Assembly: GCA_028700115.1 (NCBI GenBank)
Contig: JAQVTI010000010.1
Span: forward strand, 4,528 to 36,527
DNA from: Candidatus Iainarchaeum sp.
GTDB lineage: Archaea > Iainarchaeota > Iainarchaeia > Iainarchaeales > CSSED10-239
DNA: 32,000 nt
Direction of reading: 5' to 3'
This document shows positions 17,852 to 27,329 of the stretch, in pieces. A program made the translations under genes and the position numbers. Position 1 is the stretch's first letter. Every line of letters begins with the position of its first letter. Below the pieces are notes generated by a model. That model did not search any database, was not told the origin of the DNA, and was given only the letters and a program-made list of their open reading frames with translations.

Positions 17852-18418
17852 TTATTTAGAAGATTCTATTTCATTTAAAGAATTTTTAGAAGATTTATCT
17901 AAATTTTGTTCTAAAACTTCTGTTTGATCTATTTCATCTTTTAAATCTTTATTAACATCAACTTTTTTTTCTATTTTATTTTCTTTTTTATTTTGTATTT
18001 TATTTTCTTTTTTATTTTCAACTTTTGATGTTTCTTTAGATTTATTTTTAGATGATTTAGATTCCACCATAGAATCTCTTACTTCTTCAAGTTTGTCTTT
18101 AACAGATTGCTTCTTTTTTACTTCTTTTGCTTTATTTAAATCATAATTTTTAAAAGCATCTGAATCTTTTAAGAAAACATATATATTTTCTTTATCATTT
18201 TTTAAAGAAACTTCAATTTTCCTTGGAGGATATCTAATACTATTTTTCCAAAGAAATTCATTTACTTCTTTTGAAAGAAAAACATTTTCTTTTTCTTTTC
18301 TTGTATGTTTTCTTAAGAAATCATAAACTAACCCAACAGCTACATTTGCTCTTTTAGTTCTAGGCTTATCATAAGCCTTTCTTAATGGTATTATATAACT
18401 TTCTGCAGGCATAGACAT
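17852..18418 (-). CDS. rpl31e: 50S ribosomal protein L31e with ~100-aa charged C-terminal extension
   Basis: YIIPLRKAYDKPRTKRANVAVGLVYDFLRKHTRKEKENVFLSKEVNEFLWKNSIRYPPRKIEVSLKNDKENIYVFL then K/E-rich tail. Confidence 0.85.
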   Translation of the reverse strand: MSMPAESYIIPLRKAYDKPRTKRANVAVGLVYDFLRKHTRKEKENVFLSKEVNEFLWKNSIRYPPRKIEVSLKNDKENIYVFLKDSDAFKNYDLNKAKEVKKKQSVKDKLEEVRDSMVESKSSKNKSKETSKVENKKENKIQNKKENKIEKKVDVNKDLKDEIDQTEVLEQNLDKSSKNSLNEIESSK

Positions 18419-18750
18419 CACTTCTTTCTCTTACTTTTTTTAATACTTTTATTTGTAATAGCAGTAGTATTTCTAGTTCTTACTTTTTTATTAAATCCAA
18501 ATTTAACTTTTTTAGTTCTTTTTCCACTTTTTATAGGACTACTATTTTTTTCTTTTAATTTATCTAAGACTAAAGATCTATATTGAGAACCAAATTCTGT
18601 TTCTCTCCAATTTCTTTTTTGTCTTCTATTCCAAATTCTCTTTCCAGCCTTTTGAATAATCCAAACAGGAATATTCATATATCCAAAACCTACTTTTTTT
18701 CTTTGAGCAATCAGGAATTCTTTAAATTCTCTATCTTTATTTCTTGCCAT
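18418..18750 (-). CDS. rpl39e: 50S ribosomal protein L39e with ~60-aa basic C-terminal extension
   Basis: FKEFLIAQRKKVGFGYMNIPVWIIQKAGKRIWNRRQKRNWRETEFG matches L39e pattern; operon position between S19e and L31e. Confidence 0.75.
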   Translation of the reverse strand: MARNKDREFKEFLIAQRKKVGFGYMNIPVWIIQKAGKRIWNRRQKRNWRETEFGSQYRSLVLDKLKEKNSSPIKSGKRTKKVKFGFNKKVRTRNTTAITNKSIKKSKRKK

Positions 18751-18769
18751 AAAAATCACTCCTTAAGTC

Positions 18770-19336
18770 CTAGTTTTCAGGCTCCTTTATTTGTTCAGAA
18801 TCATTTTTATCTAAAAGATCTATTTTTTCTTTAATTACTTCTTTTTTATCAACTTTAGGTTTTTTAGTTACCACCTTTGGTTTTTCTTCTTTTTCTTCTT
18901 TTTTTATATTAGTTAATACTTTAGAAGCAATAGAATCAAGATATTTTTGACCTTTAGAAGTTAAAATTCTTCCTTTTTTATCATCAGAAATTTTTACAAA
19001 ACCTAACTTTTCTAAATCTTGTAAACAAACTCTAATTATTTTTCCACCAGATTTTCTAAAAACAGCTGGTCTAACACCTCTTCTTTTTTTACCACCATAA
19101 TATGATCTTAAAGAAGAAACAGTTACATTTCCAGAGATATACACTTTTCTTAAAATAGATGCCATTCTGATAAACCACCAATCTGGATCTGTTGGTGCTT
19201 TTTCTCTATGAGAGCCGGTTTTTACAAATACAGCAAACTCTGGCATCAAAACACCCTTATTTTCTTTTAAGTCTTTTGCAACTTCTAAGATTAAAGGATG
19301 AGCCATTACATCTTTAACACTAGTCAAAGTTCTCAC
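18770..19336 (-). CDS. rps19e: 30S ribosomal protein S19e with charged C-terminal tail
   Basis: VFVKTGSHREKAPTDPDWWFIRMASILRKVYISGNVTVSSLRSYYGGKKRRGVRP. Confidence 0.92.
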   Translation of the reverse strand: MRTLTSVKDVMAHPLILEVAKDLKENKGVLMPEFAVFVKTGSHREKAPTDPDWWFIRMASILRKVYISGNVTVSSLRSYYGGKKRRGVRPAVFRKSGGKIIRVCLQDLEKLGFVKISDDKKGRILTSKGQKYLDSIASKVLTNIKKEEKEEKPKVVTKKPKVDKKEVIKEKIDLLDKNDSEQIKEPEN

Positions 19337-19508
19337 CTCATAGTAAATTAATACTATATATTTTTATCCTTTTTTAATAAATTTTTTTAAAAAAAGAATT
19401 ATTTTTAAAAAATCTTTTTTAGAAATTAGATTTTTTAATAAACAATATATATTATAGAAAGAATCTATTTAAATAGCTTTTCTTTATAATAATTTTCTTT
19501 AAAAAAAA

Positions 19509-20867
19509 CTAAATTTTTTGTTCTTTATATAATAAATGTTTTTTCATATAAAAATATGAATAAAAAGCAAAAAACCAAGAAATTATAAAATTTACCCAAA
19601 AAATACTATAAATTCCAAAATCTAAAATAAAAACTACAAAAAAACAACCAATTATTAAAAATATAATTTTTTTAAAAAAAGAACCCCATAATAAAAATCC
19701 TGGTTTTTTAAAAGCTTGAAGTGTATATGCACTAATCATAAAAATAATTTCAGAAAAAACAGATAATATCGTAATTCTTATTATTTTTACACCAATAGTT
19801 ATTACAGAAAGATCTTTTGAAAAAATTATAATTGCATATTTTGAAAAAATAAATAAAATTACTGAAAATAATCCTATAATTAAAAAACTATATTTAAAAG
19901 ATTTGTTAATAGTTTCTTTTATTCTTATAATATTTTTGGCTCCATTATTTTGTGAAACAATTGCAATTAAAGCCATGACTAAACCAATTAATGGAGTTAT
20001 AATAATTTGTTCAATTCTAGAAGAAACACCTACTGCTGCAATAACTTCATTTCCAAAAAAAGATAAAAAATAAATTAAAATTATTGAAGATAATGATAAA
20101 ATAATATTACTAAAACTTGCAGGTAATGAATATTTTAAAATAATCATATAATTTTTTATTTTAGGAATAAAATATTTTAATTTAATTTGTCTAAAAAATG
20201 GATCTTTTAAAATAATCAATAATAAAATTAAAAATTTAATAAAATTAATTAAAATAGTAGCAAAAGCAATACCTTTAAGACCCATTGATGGAATAATCCA
20301 AAATCCATTCATAAATAGAGGATCTAAAATAATATTTGTAATTACTCCTATTACAACTAAATTTCTAAAAGTTTTTGAATCCCCTCTAGATATTAATATT
20401 GAATTTAATAAGTTTATAAAAAGAATAAATGGAATCCCAATATACAAAATATAAACATAATCTAAAGTTAATCTAAAAACCTCTAAATTCAAATGTAATA
20501 AATCTAAAATAGGTTTTGTAAAAAAAATTCCTATTAAAACTAAAAATATAGATAAAAATAAAACTAAAATAATTCCTTGAGCTATTTGTTTTTGAGCATC
20601 TATTTTTTTATTTTCTCCTAATAAATTACCTACAAGAGTATTCATTCCAATACCAATTCCAGACCCTAAACTAATTATTATAAAAAAAATAGGCATAGAA
20701 ACAGTCATTGCAGAAAGGGCATCTACTGATATTTTTCCTGCATAAAATGTATCTATTAAATTATAAAATGTTTGAAAAATAAAACCTATTGCTGCTGGAA
20801 CAGCTATATTTTTAATATGCTTTGAAATACTTCCTTTTGTAAGATCTTCTTTATTCATATTTACCAA
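19509..20867 (-). CDS. MATE-family efflux transporter
   Basis: IAVPAAIGFIFQTFYNLIDTFYAGKISVDALSAMTVSMPIF; GSGIGIGMNTLVGNLLGENK; 12 TM-like segments. Confidence 0.88.
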   Translation of the reverse strand: MVNMNKEDLTKGSISKHIKNIAVPAAIGFIFQTFYNLIDTFYAGKISVDALSAMTVSMPIFFIIISLGSGIGIGMNTLVGNLLGENKKIDAQKQIAQGIILVLFLSIFLVLIGIFFTKPILDLLHLNLEVFRLTLDYVYILYIGIPFILFINLLNSILISRGDSKTFRNLVVIGVITNIILDPLFMNGFWIIPSMGLKGIAFATILINFIKFLILLLIILKDPFFRQIKLKYFIPKIKNYMIILKYSLPASFSNIILSLSSIILIYFLSFFGNEVIAAVGVSSRIEQIIITPLIGLVMALIAIVSQNNGAKNIIRIKETINKSFKYSFLIIGLFSVILFIFSKYAIIIFSKDLSVITIGVKIIRITILSVFSEIIFMISAYTLQAFKKPGFLLWGSFFKKIIFLIIGCFFVVFILDFGIYSIFWVNFIISWFFAFYSYFYMKKHLLYKEQKI

Positions 20868-20943
20868 ATAAAAATATATTATTTTTTAATTTTTAAAGAA
20901 AATTGATTTTTAATTTTTAAAAATAATGCTTATTAAAAAAAAA

Positions 20944-21267
20944 TTATTTTTTACAAAGATTAATTTTTTTAATATACCCACAAACAAGACAATTATAAAT
21001 TTTATATTTATAAATTTTATTATTTTTTTTAAGATTTTTAAATCTAATTAAAGTATTTTCTGAATTTCTAATTGTCAAACAATTTTTACAAATTTTTGAA
21101 TGAAATTCCTTAGATAAAGGTTTATTAATTTTTTTAGATAATTCAATTATTAAAGAAATATAATCATAAATATATGGATTTTTTAAATTAATATTTTTAT
21201 TTTCTACTATTGCAAAATTAATTAAAAATTGTATATATTCATTAATTTTTAATTTATTATTACTCAT
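20944..21267 (-). CDS. rnp4: RNase P protein component 4 (Rpr2/Rpp21-like)
   Basis: Two CxxC zinc-ribbon halves: FHSKICKNCLTI... KIYNCLVCGYIKKINLC; preceding helical region. Confidence 0.65.
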   Translation of the reverse strand: MSNNKLKINEYIQFLINFAIVENKNINLKNPYIYDYISLIIELSKKINKPLSKEFHSKICKNCLTIRNSENTLIRFKNLKKNNKIYKYKIYNCLVCGYIKKINLCKK

Positions 21268-21282
21268 ACTTAAACCTTAGTA

Positions 21283-21354
21283 TGCACTCGCCGGGATTCG
21301 AACCCGAGCCGAAAGCTTGGCAAGCTTCCATACTAACCACTATACTACGAGTGC
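21283..21354 (-). tRNA. tRNA-Gly(GCC)
   Basis: GCACTCGTAGTATAGTGGTTAGTATGGAAGCTTGCCAAGCTTTCGGCTCGGGTTCGAATCCCGGCGAGTGC+A; 7-bp acceptor, anticodon loop TTGCCAA, T-loop TTCGAAT; CCA not encoded. Confidence 0.95.
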
Positions 21355-21420
21355 TATATTTTAATATGTATTATATAATAAAATCTTTTTAAATTAAACC
21401 TTTTTATTATTTTAATATAA

Positions 21421-23196
21421 TTAAGAATTATTTTTATAACTTGTAATAAATAAAATTAATAAACAAATAAAAATTAAACTTAAAACATACATAAAAATTT
21501 TAAAATAAGAAACATCTTTACTATAATCTTTTACAACTTCTTGCCAAATATCAACATATTCCTCTTCTGTATCAATTATATTGTTTAAAGAATTATTTAC
21601 ATCTATATTTAATTTATTGTCTAAAATAATTTCATTTTTAAAAATTTTAATTGTATTTAAATAATCATAATCTCTTGTAATTTCTAAAAATAAACTATTT
21701 ATATCTTCTGATATAGTTTTTATAATTTTTTTAGATTCACCAGAATAAATGGTAATATTTTCAATATTTTCTTTATTATTATAAAAAAAATTAATATCTA
21801 TATTTTTATTTACATCAGTATAATTAAATGTATCAATATCTATTTGTAAAAAACCATCTTTAAAATGAAATAAAGGATCATATACAAAAAATGCTTCTCT
21901 AAAAATTCCTTTGTCTTTATATATTTCTACAAATGAATTTTCATCTTTTAATTGAGTAGAAACTATAAAATTATAATACATTGGAAAAGAAACTTCTGGA
22001 AGTATATAAAAAAAAGATAATTCTTTTTCTTCAAATGGATCTAAATATATAATAAGATTATTTTCTTTAGGATATATTAATTGAAATTGATTATGTGTAT
22101 TTATTTGTATTAAAGTAATTAAAGGATTAATAGATGTATTTTTAATGAATGCCTTTATTTCAAAAGCACTTTTTTCTTTCATTGTTTTTTCAGAAATAAT
22201 ATCTAAATCTAAAACATTTGAAAATCCTAAATCTTGAAAATTATTTTGAGAATTTATCTTAAAATCAAAAATTCTTTCATGAAAATTTACAGATACGTTA
22301 TTTGCAGTTGTAACTTTATCTTTAATATCTAAAGAATCTTTAGATACATTTAAAAGAATATGAGAGGCATCTACTAATCCTACTTCTCCATAAGTTGGGT
22401 CAACTGGAATCCAACCTTGATTTGGGATATATACTTCAAGCCATGCATGTGCTTGCCATTCATAAGTACTATTAGAATAACCACTAACATATCTTACAGG
22501 AAAACCTCTTGCTCTAAGTAAAGATGCTGCTAAAACTGAAAATTCATCACAAACACCTTCCATTTCTTCTAATACTTTTATAGATTCATAGGTTTTTTCT
22601 GAATATTTTATATTATAAGTAATATTTTGATGAACCCAATTTGTATATTCTACAAGTTCTTTAAAAGCATTATTTGATTTAGAAATTTGTTTAGATAAAC
22701 TTATTATTTCTCCTCTATCTGATTGTATATTTAAAGAAGGTTCTTTATATTCAATAAATTCATTAATATCATTTTCTAAAGAATAAATATTATTTGTAAG
22801 AAGAAATTTATTTTCTGAAATTATATTTGCAAAAATTATAAATTCATAATAATTTTTATCAATAGAAGAAATCTCAAAAACAGCAATTAAATTACCAAAT
22901 TCATCTTTTTCAATTTCTGCAAAATGTTTTTCTCCTTTTGAATCAAAATAATAATATTCTGATGAAACTATTTTTTGAAAAGAAGTATCATAAAAAACAG
23001 GAGTTTTAAAAATAAAATTATTATTAGAATTATAATTTTCAAAAGATACTGGAATTACAATATTTAAATCTAAATCAATTTTTTTAGCTTTAATAACATC
23101 AAAGTTTAATTCTTCTAAATTTGCTTCAGCAATAATATTTATACTATTTAATAATAAAAAAATAATTAAAAAAATTATAACAATATATTTTTTCAT
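21421..23196 (-). CDS. Secreted/membrane-anchored transglutaminase-like (papain-fold) protein
   Basis: Signal peptide; GVCDEFSVLAASLLRARGFPVRYVSGYS...QAHAWLEVYIPNQGWIPVDPTYG (Cys/His/Asp triad); C-terminal TM. Confidence 0.88.
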   Translation of the reverse strand: MKKYIVIIFLIIFLLLNSINIIAEANLEELNFDVIKAKKIDLDLNIVIPVSFENYNSNNNFIFKTPVFYDTSFQKIVSSEYYYFDSKGEKHFAEIEKDEFGNLIAVFEISSIDKNYYEFIIFANIISENKFLLTNNIYSLENDINEFIEYKEPSLNIQSDRGEIISLSKQISKSNNAFKELVEYTNWVHQNITYNIKYSEKTYESIKVLEEMEGVCDEFSVLAASLLRARGFPVRYVSGYSNSTYEWQAHAWLEVYIPNQGWIPVDPTYGEVGLVDASHILLNVSKDSLDIKDKVTTANNVSVNFHERIFDFKINSQNNFQDLGFSNVLDLDIISEKTMKEKSAFEIKAFIKNTSINPLITLIQINTHNQFQLIYPKENNLIIYLDPFEEKELSFFYILPEVSFPMYYNFIVSTQLKDENSFVEIYKDKGIFREAFFVYDPLFHFKDGFLQIDIDTFNYTDVNKNIDINFFYNNKENIENITIYSGESKKIIKTISEDINSLFLEITRDYDYLNTIKIFKNEIILDNKLNIDVNNSLNNIIDTEEEYVDIWQEVVKDYSKDVSYFKIFMYVLSLIFICLLILFITSYKNNS

Positions 23197-23317
23197 AAAA
23201 ACACCTATAAAATAAGATTCTTTAAAGATAATAAGGTTTATAAAATATATTATAAATTTAAAATATAATTAAATTTAAAAATATAAAAATAACTAAATTA
23301 AAAAAAGTAGGAAAAAA

Positions 23318-23390
23318 TGATCCTAGGCAGAGTCGAACTGCCGATCTTCGCCTTGTAAGGGCGACATCATAACCACTAGACCATAGGATC
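23318..23390 (-). tRNA. tRNA-Val(UAC)
   Basis: GATCCTATGGTCTAGTGGTTATGATGTCGCCCTTACAAGGCGAAGATCGGCAGTTCGACTCTGCCTAGGATC+A; 7-bp acceptor GATCCTA/TAGGATC, anticodon loop CTTACAA. Confidence 0.95.
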
Positions 23391-23634
23391 TTTTTAGAAA
23401 TTAAGTTTTTAAAAATAGAATAACTACATTTCTATTTATATTTAAGAACAATAAAATATTTAAAGCTATTTATATTATGTAGTTTAAAAAAAATCAAAAA
23501 AATGTTTTAATTTAAATACATAAAATTAATTTTAAAATCTAAAATTAATAAAAAAATAAATTAAAAAAATAAAAAGATTTAAATACTCTATATCTAATAA
23601 ATATTATATATTTTATATTTAAAGGTGATATTAA

Positions 23635-24093
23635 ATGACAAGTAGACTTTATATGACAAAACTAATTGGAGGTTTCCTTTTTATTTTTGGAATATTTTTT
23701 TTAATTCTTTCTATAACTAATTTATTTAATGATGTTGATTTTATAGAAGAATATAAAACATGTATAACAATTTCGGATTATAACCCAGAAATATTAGATT
23801 CATGTAAATATAATGCTTCAAATGGTCTAAAAATTGTAATTAGAGATAATCAAGTAGAATTAACACAGAGTCAATATATTAAAATTTATGTAAGGGAAAC
23901 AATAGCAGTTTTATTTTCCATACTTTTAATAATTATTGGTGATTTTGTTTATATTGGAACTAAAAAAAGAATAAATTATCATGAAGAATTAATAAGCAAA
24001 ATTGAAGAAAAACCATTAATTAAACCATTAATTAAAAAAAAGAATAAAACCAAAAAAATTACAACTAAAAAAAATATAAAAAAGAAGAAATAA
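23635..24093 (+). CDS. Small two-TM membrane protein with Lys-rich C-terminus, unknown function
   Basis: ORF with AAAGGTGAT SD-like upstream; two hydrophobic helices; KKNKTKKITTKKNIKKKK tail. Confidence 0.6.
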   Translation: MTSRLYMTKLIGGFLFIFGIFFLILSITNLFNDVDFIEEYKTCITISDYNPEILDSCKYNASNGLKIVIRDNQVELTQSQYIKIYVRETIAVLFSILLIIIGDFVYIGTKKRINYHEELISKIEEKPLIKPLIKKKNKTKKITTKKNIKKKK

Positions 24094-24123
24094 TCTTCTT
24101 TTATTTTTTATTTTTAAAGAAAC

Positions 24124-25962
24124 TTATTTTTTAAGCTCATTATATGTAATTATTCCAATTTCTTTATGATCTTTTAATTTAGATTTTGGAGCAACTATAA
24201 AATAAACTTTATTATTAATTGCAGTTTTTAAAAGTTCTTCAGAAATATCTTGACCTGTAACTATTGCAAATATTTTACTTTTAAAAGAATTAATTTTATT
24301 TATAATATCTTTATTTTTAGAATTACCAATTCTTCTAAGCTTTTCATTTAAAATTCTTGATTCTTCTTTTCCATCAACATCTTCTAAAATTTTTAAAAAA
24401 TTTTTTCTCATTTTATCAGTAATTTTTGGAATAATTATTTTTTCTTCTTTTATAGGTTCTTTAATTTCTTCTTTCTTAATAAATTCTTTTTTTTCAAATA
24501 TATTTTTTGTCATAATATTCCCAGATTTATTAATATTTTTTAAAGAATTAATATTACTTGAAGAAACAGGTGGTTTTAAATTAGATTTTAAAAAAGATTG
24601 TTCTTTAGAAAAATTTGAAGAAATTTGATTTTCTAAAGATATTTTTTTAGGAAATTCAGATTTATTAGAAAGATCTTTAAATTCTTTCACTGCATTTTCA
24701 ACTTTATCTTTTAAAGTAAGTGGTTTTTTTGAAAATACATTTAAATTATTATTAATAATTTTATTATTTTCAATAGGAGATTGTTTTAAATTATTATTAA
24801 TAATTTTATTATTTTCAATAGGAGATTGTTTTAAATTATTATTAATAAATACAGAATCTGATTTTATATTTTCTGATCTATTAGTTAAAAAGTTTGGTTT
24901 ATTATTAAATGTATTTCGTTTATTATTCATATTATTAAAAGAAGAATGTGAAAAATTATTTTTTGAAACATCAATTCTTTCAACATTAGGAATATTTGAA
25001 AGCATATTTTCAAAATCATCTCCTGTTTTTATAGGTTCTTTAAATTTATTATATACTTTTTCATTTTGCTTAACCTTATGTTCATGAGTAATTGAAAATT
25101 TAGTTTGTTTTACAAGACCTGGTTGTCTAGGAGTTATAGATGATTCTATTAAATTTGATTTAATTTTTCTTCTTAATGCTTGATTAATTTCTTTTTGTGT
25201 AAGTTCTTCAACTTCTTTTCCATCTGGAGCTCTAGCTATATAATCAACTCTAATTGCTTTTAAAAGTTGAGATTGCTGTATTTCCCCCCCATGATCCCCA
25301 TCTAAAAATAAAGTAACTTCTTTATTTTTACAAATATCTGATAAAGATTTTGGAATTCTAGCACCATTTGTTGAAATAACATTTGTAAATCCATATTTTA
25401 ACATATTTATTACATCTGCTCTTCCTTCAACAACAATTAATTCTTTAGAAGCATCTATTGTTGGACCTGCTGGAAGTCTATCAGGACCATAATTCACAAT
25501 TTCTCTTGTTTTAAATGTATCTGAAATTTCATCCATTAATTCTCTAGTATCTGGAATTTGATCTTGCATAAGTTTTCCAAGAAGAGAAATTGCTCTTTCT
25601 TTAATTTGTTTTCTTTTAAGTCCTCTAGTATCTTCAATTTGTTTAATAATAAAAGAAGTATCACAAGGACCAACTTTATCAATAGATTCAATAGATGCAC
25701 CAATTATTGCAGTTTCTACCATTGACAAACTACATGGAAGTTTTAAATTTCCTGAAGTTTTATTTCCTTGATGAGATAAAGTTATTTCAATTCTTCCAAT
25801 TTTACCATTTTGTTGTAATTCTTTAATATCTAATTGAGAGCCTAAAAGTCCTTCAGATTGACCAAAAATAGCACCAATTACATCTGGTCTTTCAACAAGA
25901 CCATTTACTTCAAAATCTGCAACTATCATATATTTAATAGTTTCTAAATAAGTTTTACCCAT
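24124..25962 (-). CDS. dnaG: Archaeal DnaG-like protein (TOPRIM; exosome-associated)
   Basis: YLETIKYMIVADFEVNGLVERPDVIGAIFGQSEGLLG, ELIVVEGRADVINMLKYG, TLFLDGDHGGE; long Asn/Lys-rich linker. Confidence 0.93.
   Translation of the reverse strand: MGKTYLETIKYMIVADFEVNGLVERPDVIGAIFGQSEGLLGSQLDIKELQQNGKIGRIEITLSHQGNKTSGNLKLPCSLSMVETAIIGASIESIDKVGPCDTSFIIKQIEDTRGLKRKQIKERAISLLGKLMQDQIPDTRELMDEISDTFKTREIVNYGPDRLPAGPTIDASKELIVVEGRADVINMLKYGFTNVISTNGARIPKSLSDICKNKEVTLFLDGDHGGEIQQSQLLKAIRVDYIARAPDGKEVEELTQKEINQALRRKIKSNLIESSITPRQPGLVKQTKFSITHEHKVKQNEKVYNKFKEPIKTGDDFENMLSNIPNVERIDVSKNNFSHSSFNNMNNKRNTFNNKPNFLTNRSENIKSDSVFINNNLKQSPIENNKIINNNLKQSPIENNKIINNNLNVFSKKPLTLKDKVENAVKEFKDLSNKSEFPKKISLENQISSNFSKEQSFLKSNLKPPVSSSNINSLKNINKSGNIMTKNIFEKKEFIKKEEIKEPIKEEKIIIPKITDKMRKNFLKILEDVDGKEESRILNEKLRRIGNSKNKDIINKINSFKSKIFAIVTGQDISEELLKTAINNKVYFIVAPKSKLKDHKEIGIITYNELKK
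24741..24851 (-). repeat. 45-bp tandem repeat (2 full + partial) in dnaG, encoding 15-aa NNNLKQSPIENNKII
   Basis: ttaaattattattaataattttattattttcaataggagattgtt repeated at 45-bp offset (24741, 24786, 24831). Confidence 0.9.
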
Positions 25963-26097
25963 AGATTATCACCAATAATTTATATTTGATAATCTCTAAA
26001 ATCATTAATTAAAAAAGAAAAATAGATTTTTAAAAAGAATTTATATAAGTCATTTTAATTTTACTTATATATAATATCTAAAAATAATTTAAATTAA

Positions 26098-26340
26098 CTA
26101 AATAATATCTATAACTCTAACTATCTTTGAATGTGATTTTTCTCCCTTAACTAATTCTATTTTATAGCCAAGGTCTTTAAAAAAACTAATTATTTCCTTG
26201 TTTGCCTTTCCTTTTAAAGGCTGTGAATGTATTTTAACTTTATATGTATCTTTTTCTAAAAAATCTATATCTTGTTTTTTAGAATTACATATTATTAAAA
26301 GATTTAATATCTGATCTTTTTTTAGTTTTTTTAAATTCAT
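26098..26340 (-). CDS. DUF167/YggU-family protein
   Basis: DTYKVKIHSQPLKGKANKEIISFFKDLGYKIELVKGEKSHSKIVRV. Confidence 0.8.
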   Translation of the reverse strand: MNLKKLKKDQILNLLIICNSKKQDIDFLEKDTYKVKIHSQPLKGKANKEIISFFKDLGYKIELVKGEKSHSKIVRVIDII

Positions 26341-26570
26341 ATTTATAATCTTAAAGTAATAAAATTCAAATTATTTTTAAAAGTAAATCTTTGTTTGAAA
26401 AAATAATAAATTCTCTTTAAATCTCTAAAAATCTTTTTTTCATCTAGAGATGATTTTTAGTTTTTGTAAAAGGTTTAAAAATTAAAACCTTCTATATTTT
26501 ATAATTTATATAATTACTATAAATATTATAGAACAAAACATTTAAAAAACAAGATTTATATATTATATTT

Positions 26571-26846
26571 ATGAGTCCTAAATTTTATGCAACAAAATTT
26601 ACAAAAAAAATAATGAAAGATACTCTAAAAGATCTAAAAAAAGAAGTTACTAATTTTAGAATACATATAAAAAATCCTTCTAAAAAAGAAATTTTAGAAC
26701 AAAATTTATTAATAAAAATTAAAAATATACTAACTTTATATGAAGAAATGAAAAAAACAGGCACACAATTAAATGATGCGGATAAAAAAGCAATAGAAGG
26801 TTATAAAAAAATATATACAATATACAAAGAAATATTAAATAAATAG
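26571..26846 (+). CDS. Hypothetical 91-aa helical protein, likely cotranscribed with hjc
   Basis: Intact ORF, 8-bp gap to hjc ORF. Confidence 0.5.
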   Translation: MSPKFYATKFTKKIMKDTLKDLKKEVTNFRIHIKNPSKKEILEQNLLIKIKNILTLYEEMKKTGTQLNDADKKAIEGYKKIYTIYKEILNK

Positions 26847-26854
26847 GGTAAGTT

Positions 26855-27247
26855 ATGAAAAATAAAACAAAAGGTTCTAATGCAGAAAGAGAACTTTTAT
26901 TAAAACTTTATAAAAACGGTTTTGCTGTTTCTAGAGTTGCAGGTTCAGGTTCATCTACACTTCCTACCCCAGATATAATTGCTGTTAAAAATAAAAAGGG
27001 CTTTGCAATTGAATGTAAAACTAAATCTGGAGAATATTTAAATATAAAAGAAACACAGATAAAAGAACTTGAAATTTGGGAAAATTTATCTGGTTTTAAA
27101 TCATATATTGCTTGGAGACTTGGAAAAGAAAATTGGTATTTTTTATATTATAAAAAAATGAACAAAACAAAAATAGCATATTCTATAAAAAAATCAGAAA
27201 TTATAGAAAAAGGAATAAATTTTTCTAATTTTATAAAATCTTTATAA
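26855..27247 (+). CDS. hjc: Archaeal Holliday junction resolvase Hjc
   Basis: GSNAERELLLKLYKNGFAVSRVAGSGSSTLPTPDIIAVKNKKGFAIECKTK. Confidence 0.9.
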   Translation: MKNKTKGSNAERELLLKLYKNGFAVSRVAGSGSSTLPTPDIIAVKNKKGFAIECKTKSGEYLNIKETQIKELEIWENLSGFKSYIAWRLGKENWYFLYYKKMNKTKIAYSIKKSEIIEKGINFSNFIKSL

Positions 27248-27329
27248 TTTAATTTTGTATTATAAAAATCTATTTATAAACATATTTATGCATAAATATA
27301 ATATAGATAAAAGGAAATAAAAGATTAAT

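Noticed and set aside
18583-18834. 83-aa plus-strand ORF
   Set aside because: Antisense to L39e/S19e junction.
23391-23634. Possible ncRNA in the AT-rich gap after tRNA-Val
   Set aside because: No GC-rich core, no C/D or H/ACA box set or stable stem that exceeds expectation for this composition.
24741-24851. Possible CRISPR-like repeat array
   Set aside because: Units are adjacent with no spacers, in-frame 45-bp tandem copies inside dnaG; a protein-coding microrepeat.
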